This document shows, one piece after another, positions 24,293-32,536 of a stretch of DNA of 50,248 nucleotides. Every line of letters starts with the position of its first letter. Positions within the stretch are counted from its first letter, which is position 1. Origin of the DNA: an uncultured bacterium (lineage in GTDB: Bacteria; Patescibacteriota; Minisyncoccia; Phycocordibacterales; UBA9973); assembly GCA_903888625.1 (NCBI GenBank), contig CAISUD010000060.1:1-50248 (forward strand). Reading direction: 5' to 3'. Position numbers and translations under genes: made by a program. Below the pieces are notes generated by a model. It was not told where the DNA came from and made no database searches. It was given only the letters and a program-made list of their open reading frames with translations.

Positions 24293-25129
24293 ATGGTAGA
24301 AAAAAGAATTTTAGTGATAAATATCCCAGTAGTACACAAAGGGTTTTTGGACTTTATAAAAAAGAATCAAAAAAATATTTCAATAATTTATTTGGCAGAA
24401 AACAAATTAGTAGAAAAAATTTTAGGGGTAAAAGAAGATATCGCTTCTTTTGATCACAAAACAGCACAAAAATTCTTAACAGTTCTTGGGTTTAAGAAGG
24501 TTCAAGTACTTAGTGAAAAGAACATAACAGAATTAAAAAATAAAAAATTATTATTGGTTAATGACAAATTCTCTAGAGAATTAGTGAAACTTTACTTTAT
24601 TGAGAAAAATATAAAATGGGATAAAGTTTTTTTACGTTGGGATAATGATAGTGTTATCTCTAATCATTCTTTACATGAGAAGAAAAGTAAAAGTTTGAAA
24701 GATAAAAGCTGGATGAAAGAAGCTTATAAGGAAGCTCACAAAAGTGGTTGTTGGTGGAGAAATGTAGGCGCAGTAGTTGTAAAAGATGGTTCCATTATAC
24801 TTCGTGACTATAATGAAGGGGTACCAAGTGATTATACTCCGTACCAAGTTGGTCACATAAGAGATTATGTGAAGGCAGGAGAAAAACAAGAATTAAGTTC
24901 TACGATTCATGGAGAACAAAAAATAATAGCTGAGGCAGCTCGGAAGGGGATTTCCTTAGAAGGAGCTAGCTTGTATATTACACATTTTCCTTGTCCAGTT
25001 TGTGTCAAAATAATTATTTTTTCTGGGATTAAGCATTGTTTTTTTTCAGAAGGAACAGCTAACCTAAGTGGTGAAAAAATGTTAAAATTGTTTGGGATAA
25101 AATTATTAGCAGTTAATATAAAAAAATAA
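24293..25129 (+). CDS. dCMP/cytidine deaminase-domain protein with an extra ~130-aa N-terminal domain
   Basis: C-terminal HGEQKIIAEAA ... THFPCPVCVKII (HxE...PCxxC zinc site). Start at Met 24293, just after the upstream stop. Confidence 0.75.
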   Translation: MVEKRILVINIPVVHKGFLDFIKKNQKNISIIYLAENKLVEKILGVKEDIASFDHKTAQKFLTVLGFKKVQVLSEKNITELKNKKLLLVNDKFSRELVKLYFIEKNIKWDKVFLRWDNDSVISNHSLHEKKSKSLKDKSWMKEAYKEAHKSGCWWRNVGAVVVKDGSIILRDYNEGVPSDYTPYQVGHIRDYVKAGEKQELSSTIHGEQKIIAEAARKGISLEGASLYITHFPCPVCVKIIIFSGIKHCFFSEGTANLSGEKMLKLFGIKLLAVNIKK

Positions 25130-25130
25130 T

Positions 25131-25955
25131 ATGAGACAATATTTAGATTTATTACAAGATGTTTTAGAAAATGGACAGGGAAAGAGTGACCCTCATGGAG
25201 TTGGTAGTATCGCTGTGTGTGGCAGAACTATGAGATTTGATTTATCTAAAGGTGAATTTCCAATGCTAACAACTAAAAAATTACATTTTAAATCGATTGC
25301 GATTGAGCTTCTATGGTTTTTACGAGGAGAAACAAATATTCAATTTATGAAAGATAATAAAGTTTCAATTTGGGATGAGTGGGCAACACCAGAAATTTGT
25401 CAAAAAATGGCGCTTCCAGAAGGTGATGTTGGAAGAATTTATGGAGCACAATGGAGGCACTGGAAAAAAACTGATGGAGGAGAAATTGATCAAATAAAAA
25501 ATTTAATCAATGGATTGAAAGAACATCCAGATTGGCGTCGGCACATGGTCACAGCTTGGAATCCAGAAGATGTTGATAAAGTTTTTGTTGCTCCATGCCA
25601 TGGTATTTTTAAATGTTTTGCTGTTAATGGAGAGTTATCCTTACATTTATTCCAAAGAAGTGCGGATGTTTTTTTGGGTGTCCCGTATAATATTGCTTCA
25701 TATTCGTTATTACTTCTTATGCTTGCACAGGTGACAGGAATGAAACCGAAAGAATTCATTCATACCATGTCTGACGTGCATCTTTATAATAACCATTTTG
25801 AACAGGCTCGAGAACAATTGAAAAGGAAGCCTAAAAAACTTCCTCAACTTGTAATTAATCCAGAGACTAAAGATATTTTTGATTTTAAGTATGAGGATTT
25901 TACATTAGTAAATTATGAGGCTGACCCAAACATTAAAGCCGAAGTCGCTATTTAA
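25131..25955 (+). CDS. thyA: thymidylate synthase
   Basis: MRQYLDLLQDVLENG, RHMVTAWNPEDV, APCHGIFKCF, QRSADVFLGVPYNIASY. Confidence 0.95.
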   Translation: MRQYLDLLQDVLENGQGKSDPHGVGSIAVCGRTMRFDLSKGEFPMLTTKKLHFKSIAIELLWFLRGETNIQFMKDNKVSIWDEWATPEICQKMALPEGDVGRIYGAQWRHWKKTDGGEIDQIKNLINGLKEHPDWRRHMVTAWNPEDVDKVFVAPCHGIFKCFAVNGELSLHLFQRSADVFLGVPYNIASYSLLLLMLAQVTGMKPKEFIHTMSDVHLYNNHFEQAREQLKRKPKKLPQLVINPETKDIFDFKYEDFTLVNYEADPNIKAEVAI

Positions 25956-25961
25956 GAAATT

Positions 25962-26402
25962 TTAACCAATTGGGAAAAAGACAGTTTTAGCCATGTTATC
26001 TTTTGTTGATTTAGGGTAAATAAGATGAAAATGTAAATGGCAAACAGTAGCACCAGTGTAGTCAGTGTTACCAAATCTTATTACTAATCCTCCGCCTTTT
26101 ATTTTATATTTTTTTATTGCCCAATTCGCTAGCGTTTTTACTGATCTAAAATCTGACTCAGTTAATTCATTGAAATTTTCTTTATGTTTTTCACCAATTA
26201 TCAAAAAATGTAACTGAGTATTTTTGTAAGGCCAGCTATTTTTTGTTATAAACCAACCTGTTTCAATTTTTAAAATTGGTTCTTTATGATATTTGAAATT
26301 TTTTGGGCAGAAAGGACACTTTCCCTTTTTTTCAATTGAGGAAATGACCGCAGCATACTCTTTTTTATTTTTTGAAAATTTTGGATTAACTACTCTTTTC
26401 AT
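25962..26402 (-). CDS. HIT-family nucleotide hydrolase/transferase
   Basis: CPFCP near the N-terminus and the histidine triad CHLHFHLI. Confidence 0.7.
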   Translation of the reverse strand: MKRVVNPKFSKNKKEYAAVISSIEKKGKCPFCPKNFKYHKEPILKIETGWFITKNSWPYKNTQLHFLIIGEKHKENFNELTESDFRSVKTLANWAIKKYKIKGGGLVIRFGNTDYTGATVCHLHFHLIYPKSTKDNMAKTVFFPIG

Positions 26403-26403
26403 A

Positions 26404-26925
26404 TTATATTTTTTTTATATACTCAGCAAATTCTAAATCGTATTTATTTAAATCATCTTTGGGATATTTTCCGTTTTTTATTTTTTGCCATTTATCCGGA
26501 TCAATTTTCGGGAAAAATATTTCAGCATCTTTAAACTCTCCATCTACGTGGGTAATGTATAGCTTATCCGCTAGGTCTATAAATAATTTATAGATCATGC
26601 CTCCGCCGATGATGAAATTTTCTTCATTCGGATTTTTTAATAATTCTAATACTTCATTTACTGAATAAACAATTTCTGCTCCAGGGGCGGTGAAAGATTT
26701 ATCTTGGGTGAGAATAATATTTCGACGATTGGGTAGTAGTCGCCCGATTTGTTTTCCATTTTCATCCCGGGCAAGTGATTCAAAAGTTTTTTGCCCCATC
26801 ACTACTGTATGTCCTCTGGTAGTCTCCCTGAAATGCTTCATATCGGCAGGTAGTGACCAAAGAAGGTCATTCTTTTTTCCAAGTTCATTATTTTTACCGA
26901 TAGCTGCGATGATTGAAATACTCAT
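26404..26925 (-). CDS. folA: dihydrofolate reductase
   Basis: ISIIAAIGKNNELGKKNDLLWSLPADMKHFRETTRGHTVVMGQKTFES and IIGGGMIY. Confidence 0.9.
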   Translation of the reverse strand: MSISIIAAIGKNNELGKKNDLLWSLPADMKHFRETTRGHTVVMGQKTFESLARDENGKQIGRLLPNRRNIILTQDKSFTAPGAEIVYSVNEVLELLKNPNEENFIIGGGMIYKLFIDLADKLYITHVDGEFKDAEIFFPKIDPDKWQKIKNGKYPKDDLNKYDLEFAEYIKKI

Positions 26926-26950
26926 AAATCTATTATAGCCTAAAAAAATA

Positions 26951-26977
26951 AAAACCTGAACTTTTGGTTCAGGTTTT
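26951..26977 (-). terminator. hairpin terminator after rpmB
   Basis: aaaacctgaac / gttcaggtttt stem flanked by A/T runs. Abuts the rpmB stop. Confidence 0.7.
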
Positions 26978-27219
26978 TATTTTATAAGTCCGGCTTTTTT
27001 GAGGGTTTTGTAAACACCGTTTTTCTTCATTGTTCGCATGCCTCTGGTAGAGACTTCAATATTCACAGATTTGTTTAGTTCAGGCACAAAAACTTTCTTC
27101 TTTTGAAGATTTGGGTATTTACGTTTTTTGCCAGTTGGATTGAATTTGGTGGCACGAGTCCTATTGGAATAGCCCCCTCCGACAATCGAACCTTTTTTTG
27201 ATATTGCACATGATTTCAT
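26977..27219 (-). CDS. rpmB: 50S ribosomal protein L28
   Basis: MKSCAISKKGSIVGGGYSNRTRATK...PNLQKKKVF pattern of bL28. Confidence 0.85.
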   Translation of the reverse strand: MKSCAISKKGSIVGGGYSNRTRATKFNPTGKKRKYPNLQKKKVFVPELNKSVNIEVSTRGMRTMKKNGVYKTLKKAGLIK

Positions 27220-27229
27220 AACTTTTTTA

Positions 27230-27238
27230 TGCTATCAT
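27230..27238 (+). promoter_or_regulatory. extended -10 box (TGcTATCAT), predicted leaderless start
   Basis: Same 9-mer as at 5012. It ends 7 nt before ATG 27246. Confidence 0.45.
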
Positions 27239-27245
27239 AAAACGC

Positions 27246-27890
27246 ATGAGTACGCAAGCAATCGATGTTATCTTTTATATCGCTATCTTAATTATGTCTG
27301 TGGTCATCCATGAAATTTCTCATGGCTTTATGGCAGAAAAATTAGGAGACAATACTGCTCGAGTAGCCGGAAGACTGACTTTAAACCCGATAAAACATTT
27401 AGATTTATTTGGTTCAATAATTTTACCAGTGTTACTTTATCTTTCCGCTGGCTTTGCTTTTGGTTGGGCGAAACCAGTGCCTTACAATCCAAACAATCTT
27501 CGTAATAAAAGATACGGCACCGTCGCCGTAGCTTCGGCTGGTGTTTTGGCTAATCTTTTTATTGCACTTTTATTTGGTTTAATAATTCGTTTGGCCCCAT
27601 ATTTTGGCTTAGCTCCTTTTGACTCATTTGCTGTTTTACCTTTTTATAAAATTATGATTGATATAGTTTTTATAAATATTGCTTTGGCTACTTTTAATTT
27701 AATTCCAATTCCGCCACTTGATGGGTCCAAAATTCTTTTTAATCTACTACCAGGGTCAATTTATCGTGTTAGTGATTTTTTGGAAAGGTACGCTTTAATT
27801 TTTTTAGTAATTTTTATTGTTTTTTTCTCTAACTATTTGTATCCAATTTTAGCTTTCATTTTTCATTTAGTGACTGGACTTAGATTATAA
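27246..27890 (+). CDS. site-2 protease (M50) family membrane metalloprotease
   Basis: HEISH zinc motif in a TM helix. NLIPIPPLDGSKIL second motif. Confidence 0.85.
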   Translation: MSTQAIDVIFYIAILIMSVVIHEISHGFMAEKLGDNTARVAGRLTLNPIKHLDLFGSIILPVLLYLSAGFAFGWAKPVPYNPNNLRNKRYGTVAVASAGVLANLFIALLFGLIIRLAPYFGLAPFDSFAVLPFYKIMIDIVFINIALATFNLIPIPPLDGSKILFNLLPGSIYRVSDFLERYALIFLVIFIVFFSNYLYPILAFIFHLVTGLRL

Positions 27891-27928
27891 GATTTGCAAT
27901 TTTTCTTGAATTATAGTAGATTATTCAA

Positions 27929-28351
27929 GTGCCAACAATTAATCAATTAATCAAGAAAAATAGAAGTATTACCCGAAAGAAATCAAAAGCGGTGGCACTT
28001 GCTCGTGGTTTTAATGTTTTGAAAAATAGACCTGTCTTTTACCCAGCTCCTTTTAAAAGGGGAGTTTGCACGAAAGTTACCACTACTACTCCAAAGAAAC
28101 CAAACTCCGCTCTCCGAAAGATTGCTCGGGTTCGTTTGACTAATGGTATGGAAGTGACAGCTTATATTCCAGGAGAAGGACACAATCTACAAGAACACTC
28201 TGTCGTTATGTTACGAGGTGGACGTGTCAAAGACTTGATCGGTGTTAGATATCACATTGTTCGTGGAGTGCTTGATACTCAAGGAGTTGAAAAACGCCGA
28301 CAAAGTAGATCACTTTATGGAAATAAGAGACCAAAAGAAGCTAAGAAGTAA
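27929..28351 (+). CDS. rpsL: 30S ribosomal protein S12 (GTG start)
   Basis: PTINQLIKK ... [20 protein letters not shown] ... GVRYHIVRG. Confidence 0.95.
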   Translation: MPTINQLIKKNRSITRKKSKAVALARGFNVLKNRPVFYPAPFKRGVCTKVTTTTPKKPNSALRKIARVRLTNGMEVTAYIPGEGHNLQEHSVVMLRGGRVKDLIGVRYHIVRGVLDTQGVEKRRQSRSLYGNKRPKEAKK

Positions 28352-28357
28352 ATTATA

Positions 28358-28385
28358 AATTACGAATTATCAATTACGAATTAAA
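28358..28385 (+). repeat. intergenic spacer motif family A (28-mer)
   Basis: aattacgaattatcaattacgaattaaa is identical to 44025-44052. Internally it is two copies of aattacgaatta. Confidence 0.9.
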
Positions 28386-28386
28386 G

Positions 28387-28857
28387 ATGCGAAGAAAAAT
28401 AAAAAATAAAAATATCGTTGAACCAGATTTCATTTATAACTCTCAAAAATTAGAGAAATTTATCAATTACACTATGTGGTCTGGAAAGAAGGAGACTGCT
28501 CGAAAAGTAATGTATAAAGCTTTTGATGTTATTAAAGAAAAAACTGGCAATCCAAATCCACTTGAGATTTTTGATTTGGCTATGAAAAATGCAGGACCTC
28601 TTACAGAAGTTCGTTCAAAAAGAATTGGAGGTGCTAACTACCAAGTGCCTCGAGAAGTTCGTCCAGAACGCCGACTTGCTCTTGCAATGCGTTGGATTCG
28701 TGATGCCGCTCGTTCTAAAAAGGGACAACCAATGCATATTAAACTTGCTGATGAATTAATTTCAGCTTCAAAAAATGAAGGTGCAGCTATTAAGAAAAAA
28801 GAAGATACTCACAAAATGGCAGAATCCAACAAAGCCTTTGCTCACTTCGCTTGGTAA
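28387..28857 (+). CDS. rpsG: 30S ribosomal protein S7
   Basis: GGANYQVPREVRPERRLALAMRWI ... KAFAHFAW. Confidence 0.95.
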   Translation: MRRKIKNKNIVEPDFIYNSQKLEKFINYTMWSGKKETARKVMYKAFDVIKEKTGNPNPLEIFDLAMKNAGPLTEVRSKRIGGANYQVPREVRPERRLALAMRWIRDAARSKKGQPMHIKLADELISASKNEGAAIKKKEDTHKMAESNKAFAHFAW

Positions 28858-28995
28858 ACCCGCACACTTAATTTGCCATAGCTTTTTTATTCTGCCGATC
28901 GAAATACTTACTTAATTTTATATTTATTACTTATATACAAGTATTATTTTTTTTATATTGAAAAAGCAGAATAATGGCAAGTTAAGTGTGCGGGT
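28858..28995. repeat. large inverted repeat directly after the rpsG stop
   Basis: acccgcacacttaatttgccat (28858-28879) and atggcaagttaagtgtgcgggt (28974-28995), 1 mismatch. An inner ttattctgc/gcagaataa pair. AT-rich loop. Confidence 0.85.
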
Positions 28996-29006
28996 AAATC
29001 CCAATC

Positions 29007-29261
29007 TCATTTCAAACTTTCCTTAATCCTTTTTTTAAGAAATCTTCTAGCATTTCCTCTTAATTTTAGAGCTTGTTCTCTTTCACGAGCATCTTTTTCG
29101 ATTTTGTATGCTTCATAATAAATAAGTTCAAATGGCCTTCTAAATTTGGTAGAAAACGACTGTCCTGTTTGATGTTCTCTTATTCTTCTTTTTAAATCTT
29201 TTGTGCTTCCAATATATAATTCTTCATCTTTTTGACTCTTTAATACATATACGTAAAACAT
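29007..29261 (-). CDS. GIY-YIG nuclease-domain protein (small YhbQ/UPF0213-like)
   Basis: FYVYVLKSQKDEELYIGSTKDLKRRIREH ... YYE ... REREQALK. Start taken at MFYVYVL (the track ORF extends to 29297). Confidence 0.8.
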   Translation of the reverse strand: MFYVYVLKSQKDEELYIGSTKDLKRRIREHQTGQSFSTKFRRPFELIYYEAYKIEKDAREREQALKLRGNARRFLKKRIKESLK

Positions 29262-29290
29262 ATATAAATAATAACATAATTTATTGCTTG

Positions 29291-29318
29291 CCCGCATACT
29301 TAAATTAAGTGTGTGGGG
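29291..29318. repeat. short palindrome built on the same 13-mer as 28858-28995
   Basis: cccgcatacttaa / ttaagtgtgtgggg, a degenerate version of cccgcacacttaa / ttaagtgtgcggg. Confidence 0.7.
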
Positions 29319-29321
29319 TTA

Positions 29322-29351
29322 TTGACTTTATGTATCGGGGGGGGGTATTAT
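29322..29351 (+). promoter_or_regulatory. putative promoter TTGACT-18-TATTAT with a G9 tract in the spacer
   Basis: TTGACT 29322-29327, G9 29337-29345, TATTAT 29346-29351, about 29 nt upstream of ATG 29381. Confidence 0.4.
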
Positions 29352-29380
29352 TAGAGTATTAAGAATTAAACTTTAAAATT

Positions 29381-29692
29381 ATGGAAAAAAACCAATGGAA
29401 TAATAATGGTATGAAGCTTATTCATCCAGAAAAACAAACTAATTTTAATGAAAAACTCCGTCCTTTGTTTGAGGCTATGAAAAAAGGCGAAAGAATAAAA
29501 TTAGTAATTTGTATGAGAGGGATAGATAATAAAGATAATCTAGAAAAAGATTTTAAAATAGAAGATTTTGTTGCTAAAGAATATTGGACTGACTTTTCAC
29601 AAAATCGTGATGAAAGCATAAAAGATGATCGTGTAACAACAGATAAAGGACAAGATTTTTATATGAGCTGGGTTCGTTATTTTGAATTTTAA
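29381..29692 (+). CDS. hypothetical protein
   Basis: 103-aa ORF between rpsG and fusA with its own terminator. No recognisable motif. Confidence 0.5.
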   Translation: MEKNQWNNNGMKLIHPEKQTNFNEKLRPLFEAMKKGERIKLVICMRGIDNKDNLEKDFKIEDFVAKEYWTDFSQNRDESIKDDRVTTDKGQDFYMSWVRYFEF

Positions 29693-29734
29693 CTATAAAA
29701 AATTTGCAAAAAGAGAGCATATGTTATATATTAT

Positions 29735-29757
29735 AAAAAGCGCACTAGGCGCTTTTT
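29735..29757 (+). terminator. rho-independent terminator
   Basis: aaaaagcgc actag gcgcttttt. Confidence 0.7.
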
Positions 29758-29811
29758 ATTTACAAAATTATTTGCTAGAACCTAGAAACTAGCTACCAAA
29801 AACTAATATAT

Positions 29812-31965
29812 ATGGAACGAGATTATCCGTTAGAAAAAGTTAGAAATATTGGAATTATCGCCCACATCGATGCGGGTAAAACAACTACCACCGAGCGTGT
29901 GCTTTTTTACACTGGGGTGTCTCATAAAATTGGGGAAGTGCATGATGGAGAAACTACTACCGATTGGATGGAACAAGAACGTGAAAGAGGTATCACCATC
30001 ACGTCCGCTGCTGTGACTTGTTTTTGGACTCCGACTTATTGCGATCCAAAAGATAAAACAAAGAAAACTCGTTTTAATATTATTGATACACCTGGGCACA
30101 TTGATTTCACTGTTGAAGTGAAACGTTCACTTCGAGTTCTCGATGGCGCGGTAGTTGTTTTTGATGGTGTCGCCGGAGTAGAACCACAATCTGAAACCAA
30201 CTGGCGTTATGCCGATGAAGCCAAAGTGCCTCGAATTTGTTTCATAAATAAATTGGACCGTATCGGTGCTTCTTTTGAACATTCCTTTGCTACGATTTTA
30301 GATCGTTTGACCAAAAAAGCTGTGCGTTTGCAAATCCCTATCGGCCTCGAAGAAAAACATGAAGGTGTAGTTGATTTACTCACAATGAAAGCTTTTTATT
30401 TTGAAGGTGAAATGGGAAATCTTGTTCTTGAAAAAGAAATTCCTGAAGACATGCGAGCTGATGCAGAAAAATACCACAATGAATTGATTGAAAAAATTGT
30501 TGAATTAGATGATGTCACGATGAATGATTATTTAGAAGGCAAGATTCCTGATATGGCAACCTTGAAAAAACTTTTGAGGAAAGGAGTTATTGCTAATGAA
30601 ATTTTCCCAGTGTATGCTGGCTCGGCTCTCAAAAACAAAGGAGTACAACTTGTGCTTGATGGCGTAGTAGATTATTTGCCTTCACCACTTGATATCCCAC
30701 CAATTACTGGAACTGATCCAGATAAAAATGATGAACCAATTGTTCGTCATGCAAGTGATTCTGAACCATTTTCAGCTCTGGCTTTTAAAGTTGCGACCGA
30801 TCCATTCGTCGGACAACTTATTTTCTTCCGAGTATATTCCGGAACCTTGTCTTCTGGTTCTTATGTTTACAATCCACGAACTCGTAATAAAGAACGTATC
30901 GGCCGAATTCTTCGAATGCATGCCAATGACAGAGAAGAAGTGAAAGAAGTTTTCGCTGGAGAAATTGCAGCCGCCGTCGGACTTAAAGACACCATTACTT
31001 CTGATACTATTTGTGAAGAAGAACATCCAATTGAACTCGATAGAATTATTTTCCCAGAACCAGTTATTCAACTTCGTATTGAACCAAAGACAAAAGCTGA
31101 CCAAGAAAAAATGGGTATGGCTCTTAACCGACTTGCTCAAGAAGATCCAACTTTTAAAGTTTCAACTGATCAAGAAACTGGTGAGACAATTATCGCTGGG
31201 ATGGGAGAACTTCATTTGGAAATTATTGTAGACCGAATGAAAAGAGAGTTTACTGTTGAGGCCAACGTGGGTAAACCACAAGTAGCTTACCGAGAAACTA
31301 TCACTAGTACTTCTGATGCAGAAGGAAAGTATATCAAGCAATCAGGAGGTCGTGGAAACTATGGTCATGTGAAGATTAAGATTAAACCAATGACAATTCT
31401 TACCAAAGAAGAAGTCGAAGACTTACCAAAAAATACTAAACGTTCAGATGGTTTTGAATTTATCAACGATATCAAAGGAGGTGTCATTCCTCAAGAATAT
31501 ATTTCTCCTTGTGAAAAAGGATTTAAAGAAGGGTTGGACAGGGGAGTCTTGGCAGGTTTCAAAATTGTAAATGTTTCGGTTGATCTTTATGACGGTAGTT
31601 ATCACGAAGTGGATTCCAATGAAATGGCTTTCAAAATTGCCGCTTCGATGGCAGTGCAAGATGCTTGTAAGAGAGCAAAACCAGTAATCCTAGAGCCAAT
31701 GATGAAAGTTGAAGTTGTTACACCAGAAAAGTTTATGGGAGACGTGACTGGAAACCTTTCTTCAAAACGTGGAATTATTGAAGGTATGGAAGATCGTGGA
31801 ATGAATAAAGTTTTGAAAGCAATTGTTCCTCTCTCTGAAATGTTCGGCTATATGACCTCACTCCGTTCAATGACCGAAGGCCGTGCATCATTCACTATGG
31901 AATTCATGCGTTACGATATTGTGCCAAACAACGTCGCTGAAACAATTATCTCTGCTAGAAAATAA
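29812..31965 (+). CDS. fusA: elongation factor G
   Basis: [37 protein letters not shown]. Full five-domain length. Confidence 0.95.
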   Translation: MERDYPLEKVRNIGIIAHIDAGKTTTTERVLFYTGVSHKIGEVHDGETTTDWMEQERERGITITSAAVTCFWTPTYCDPKDKTKKTRFNIIDTPGHIDFTVEVKRSLRVLDGAVVVFDGVAGVEPQSETNWRYADEAKVPRICFINKLDRIGASFEHSFATILDRLTKKAVRLQIPIGLEEKHEGVVDLLTMKAFYFEGEMGNLVLEKEIPEDMRADAEKYHNELIEKIVELDDVTMNDYLEGKIPDMATLKKLLRKGVIANEIFPVYAGSALKNKGVQLVLDGVVDYLPSPLDIPPITGTDPDKNDEPIVRHASDSEPFSALAFKVATDPFVGQLIFFRVYSGTLSSGSYVYNPRTRNKERIGRILRMHANDREEVKEVFAGEIAAAVGLKDTITSDTICEEEHPIELDRIIFPEPVIQLRIEPKTKADQEKMGMALNRLAQEDPTFKVSTDQETGETIIAGMGELHLEIIVDRMKREFTVEANVGKPQVAYRETITSTSDAEGKYIKQSGGRGNYGHVKIKIKPMTILTKEEVEDLPKNTKRSDGFEFINDIKGGVIPQEYISPCEKGFKEGLDRGVLAGFKIVNVSVDLYDGSYHEVDSNEMAFKIAASMAVQDACKRAKPVILEPMMKVEVVTPEKFMGDVTGNLSSKRGIIEGMEDRGMNKVLKAIVPLSEMFGYMTSLRSMTEGRASFTMEFMRYDIVPNNVAETIISARK

Positions 31966-31969
31966 ATCT

Positions 31970-32356
31970 ATGATAGATGGAAAATTTGGGGTAAATGAAA
32001 ATAAACAAGAGGTTCCACAAATACATGATGTAACTGGTATTTCTCAGGATTACATAAATCAAATTTCAGGGTTGATTGCTTTTTATAAACTAAAAAATGA
32101 TATATCTGCTGTAAAAAATAGATTTAGTAAATATCCATTACCAATAAAAAAATATGAAGATGTTTATCTAGATGATAAATATAATAATGTTGTAAATGAT
32201 AAAAATCGGTCTGGTATTCTAAAGCTAGACGAACTTGTGGAACAATTAAATGAGATTTTAAAAAATCCAGACACTGATGATTATAAAGATTCTTTTATAA
32301 GAATATGTAATGAAATATTATTTACTATTTTAGGGGATAGAAGTAGAGAAATTTAA
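31970..32356 (+). CDS. hypothetical protein
   Basis: 128 aa from Met 31970, 2 nt after the fusA stop (the track ORF 31883 overlaps fusA). No recognisable family. Confidence 0.45.
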   Translation: MIDGKFGVNENKQEVPQIHDVTGISQDYINQISGLIAFYKLKNDISAVKNRFSKYPLPIKKYEDVYLDDKYNNVVNDKNRSGILKLDELVEQLNEILKNPDTDDYKDSFIRICNEILFTILGDRSREI

Positions 32357-32358
32357 AT

Positions 32359-32386
32359 TTGACATTATTTTGTAATTTGCTATTAT
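32359..32386 (+). promoter_or_regulatory. promoter TTGACA-16-TATTAT (TGc extended -10) for tuf
   Basis: aaatttgacattattttgtaatttgctattat. Nearly the same layout as 38354-38381. Followed by a ~145-nt leader. Confidence 0.6.
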
Positions 32387-32536
32387 CTAAACAACTGCAC
32401 TTTTGGCAGTTTTTATATTGCTAATTTTACCCAGGAGGTAAATAAGCAGTAATTATTATTAGTTTAATAAAAATTAGTAGTTAGGCCTTAGTGACTGGTT
32501 CTCGTACACTGAGTTTTAATTATTAAACACATTATT

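Noticed and set aside
27894-27922. A firm promoter call (TTGCAA-17-TAGATT) for rpsL with a leaderless GTG start.
   Set aside because: The hexamers are weak and leaderless initiation on GTG is unusual. It is mentioned only as a possibility in the leaderless finding and is not listed as a feature.
31883-31969. Extension of the post-fusA ORF into the fusA coding region.
   Set aside because: It overlaps the conserved C-terminus of EF-G in another frame. Met 31970, right after the fusA stop, is the plausible start.
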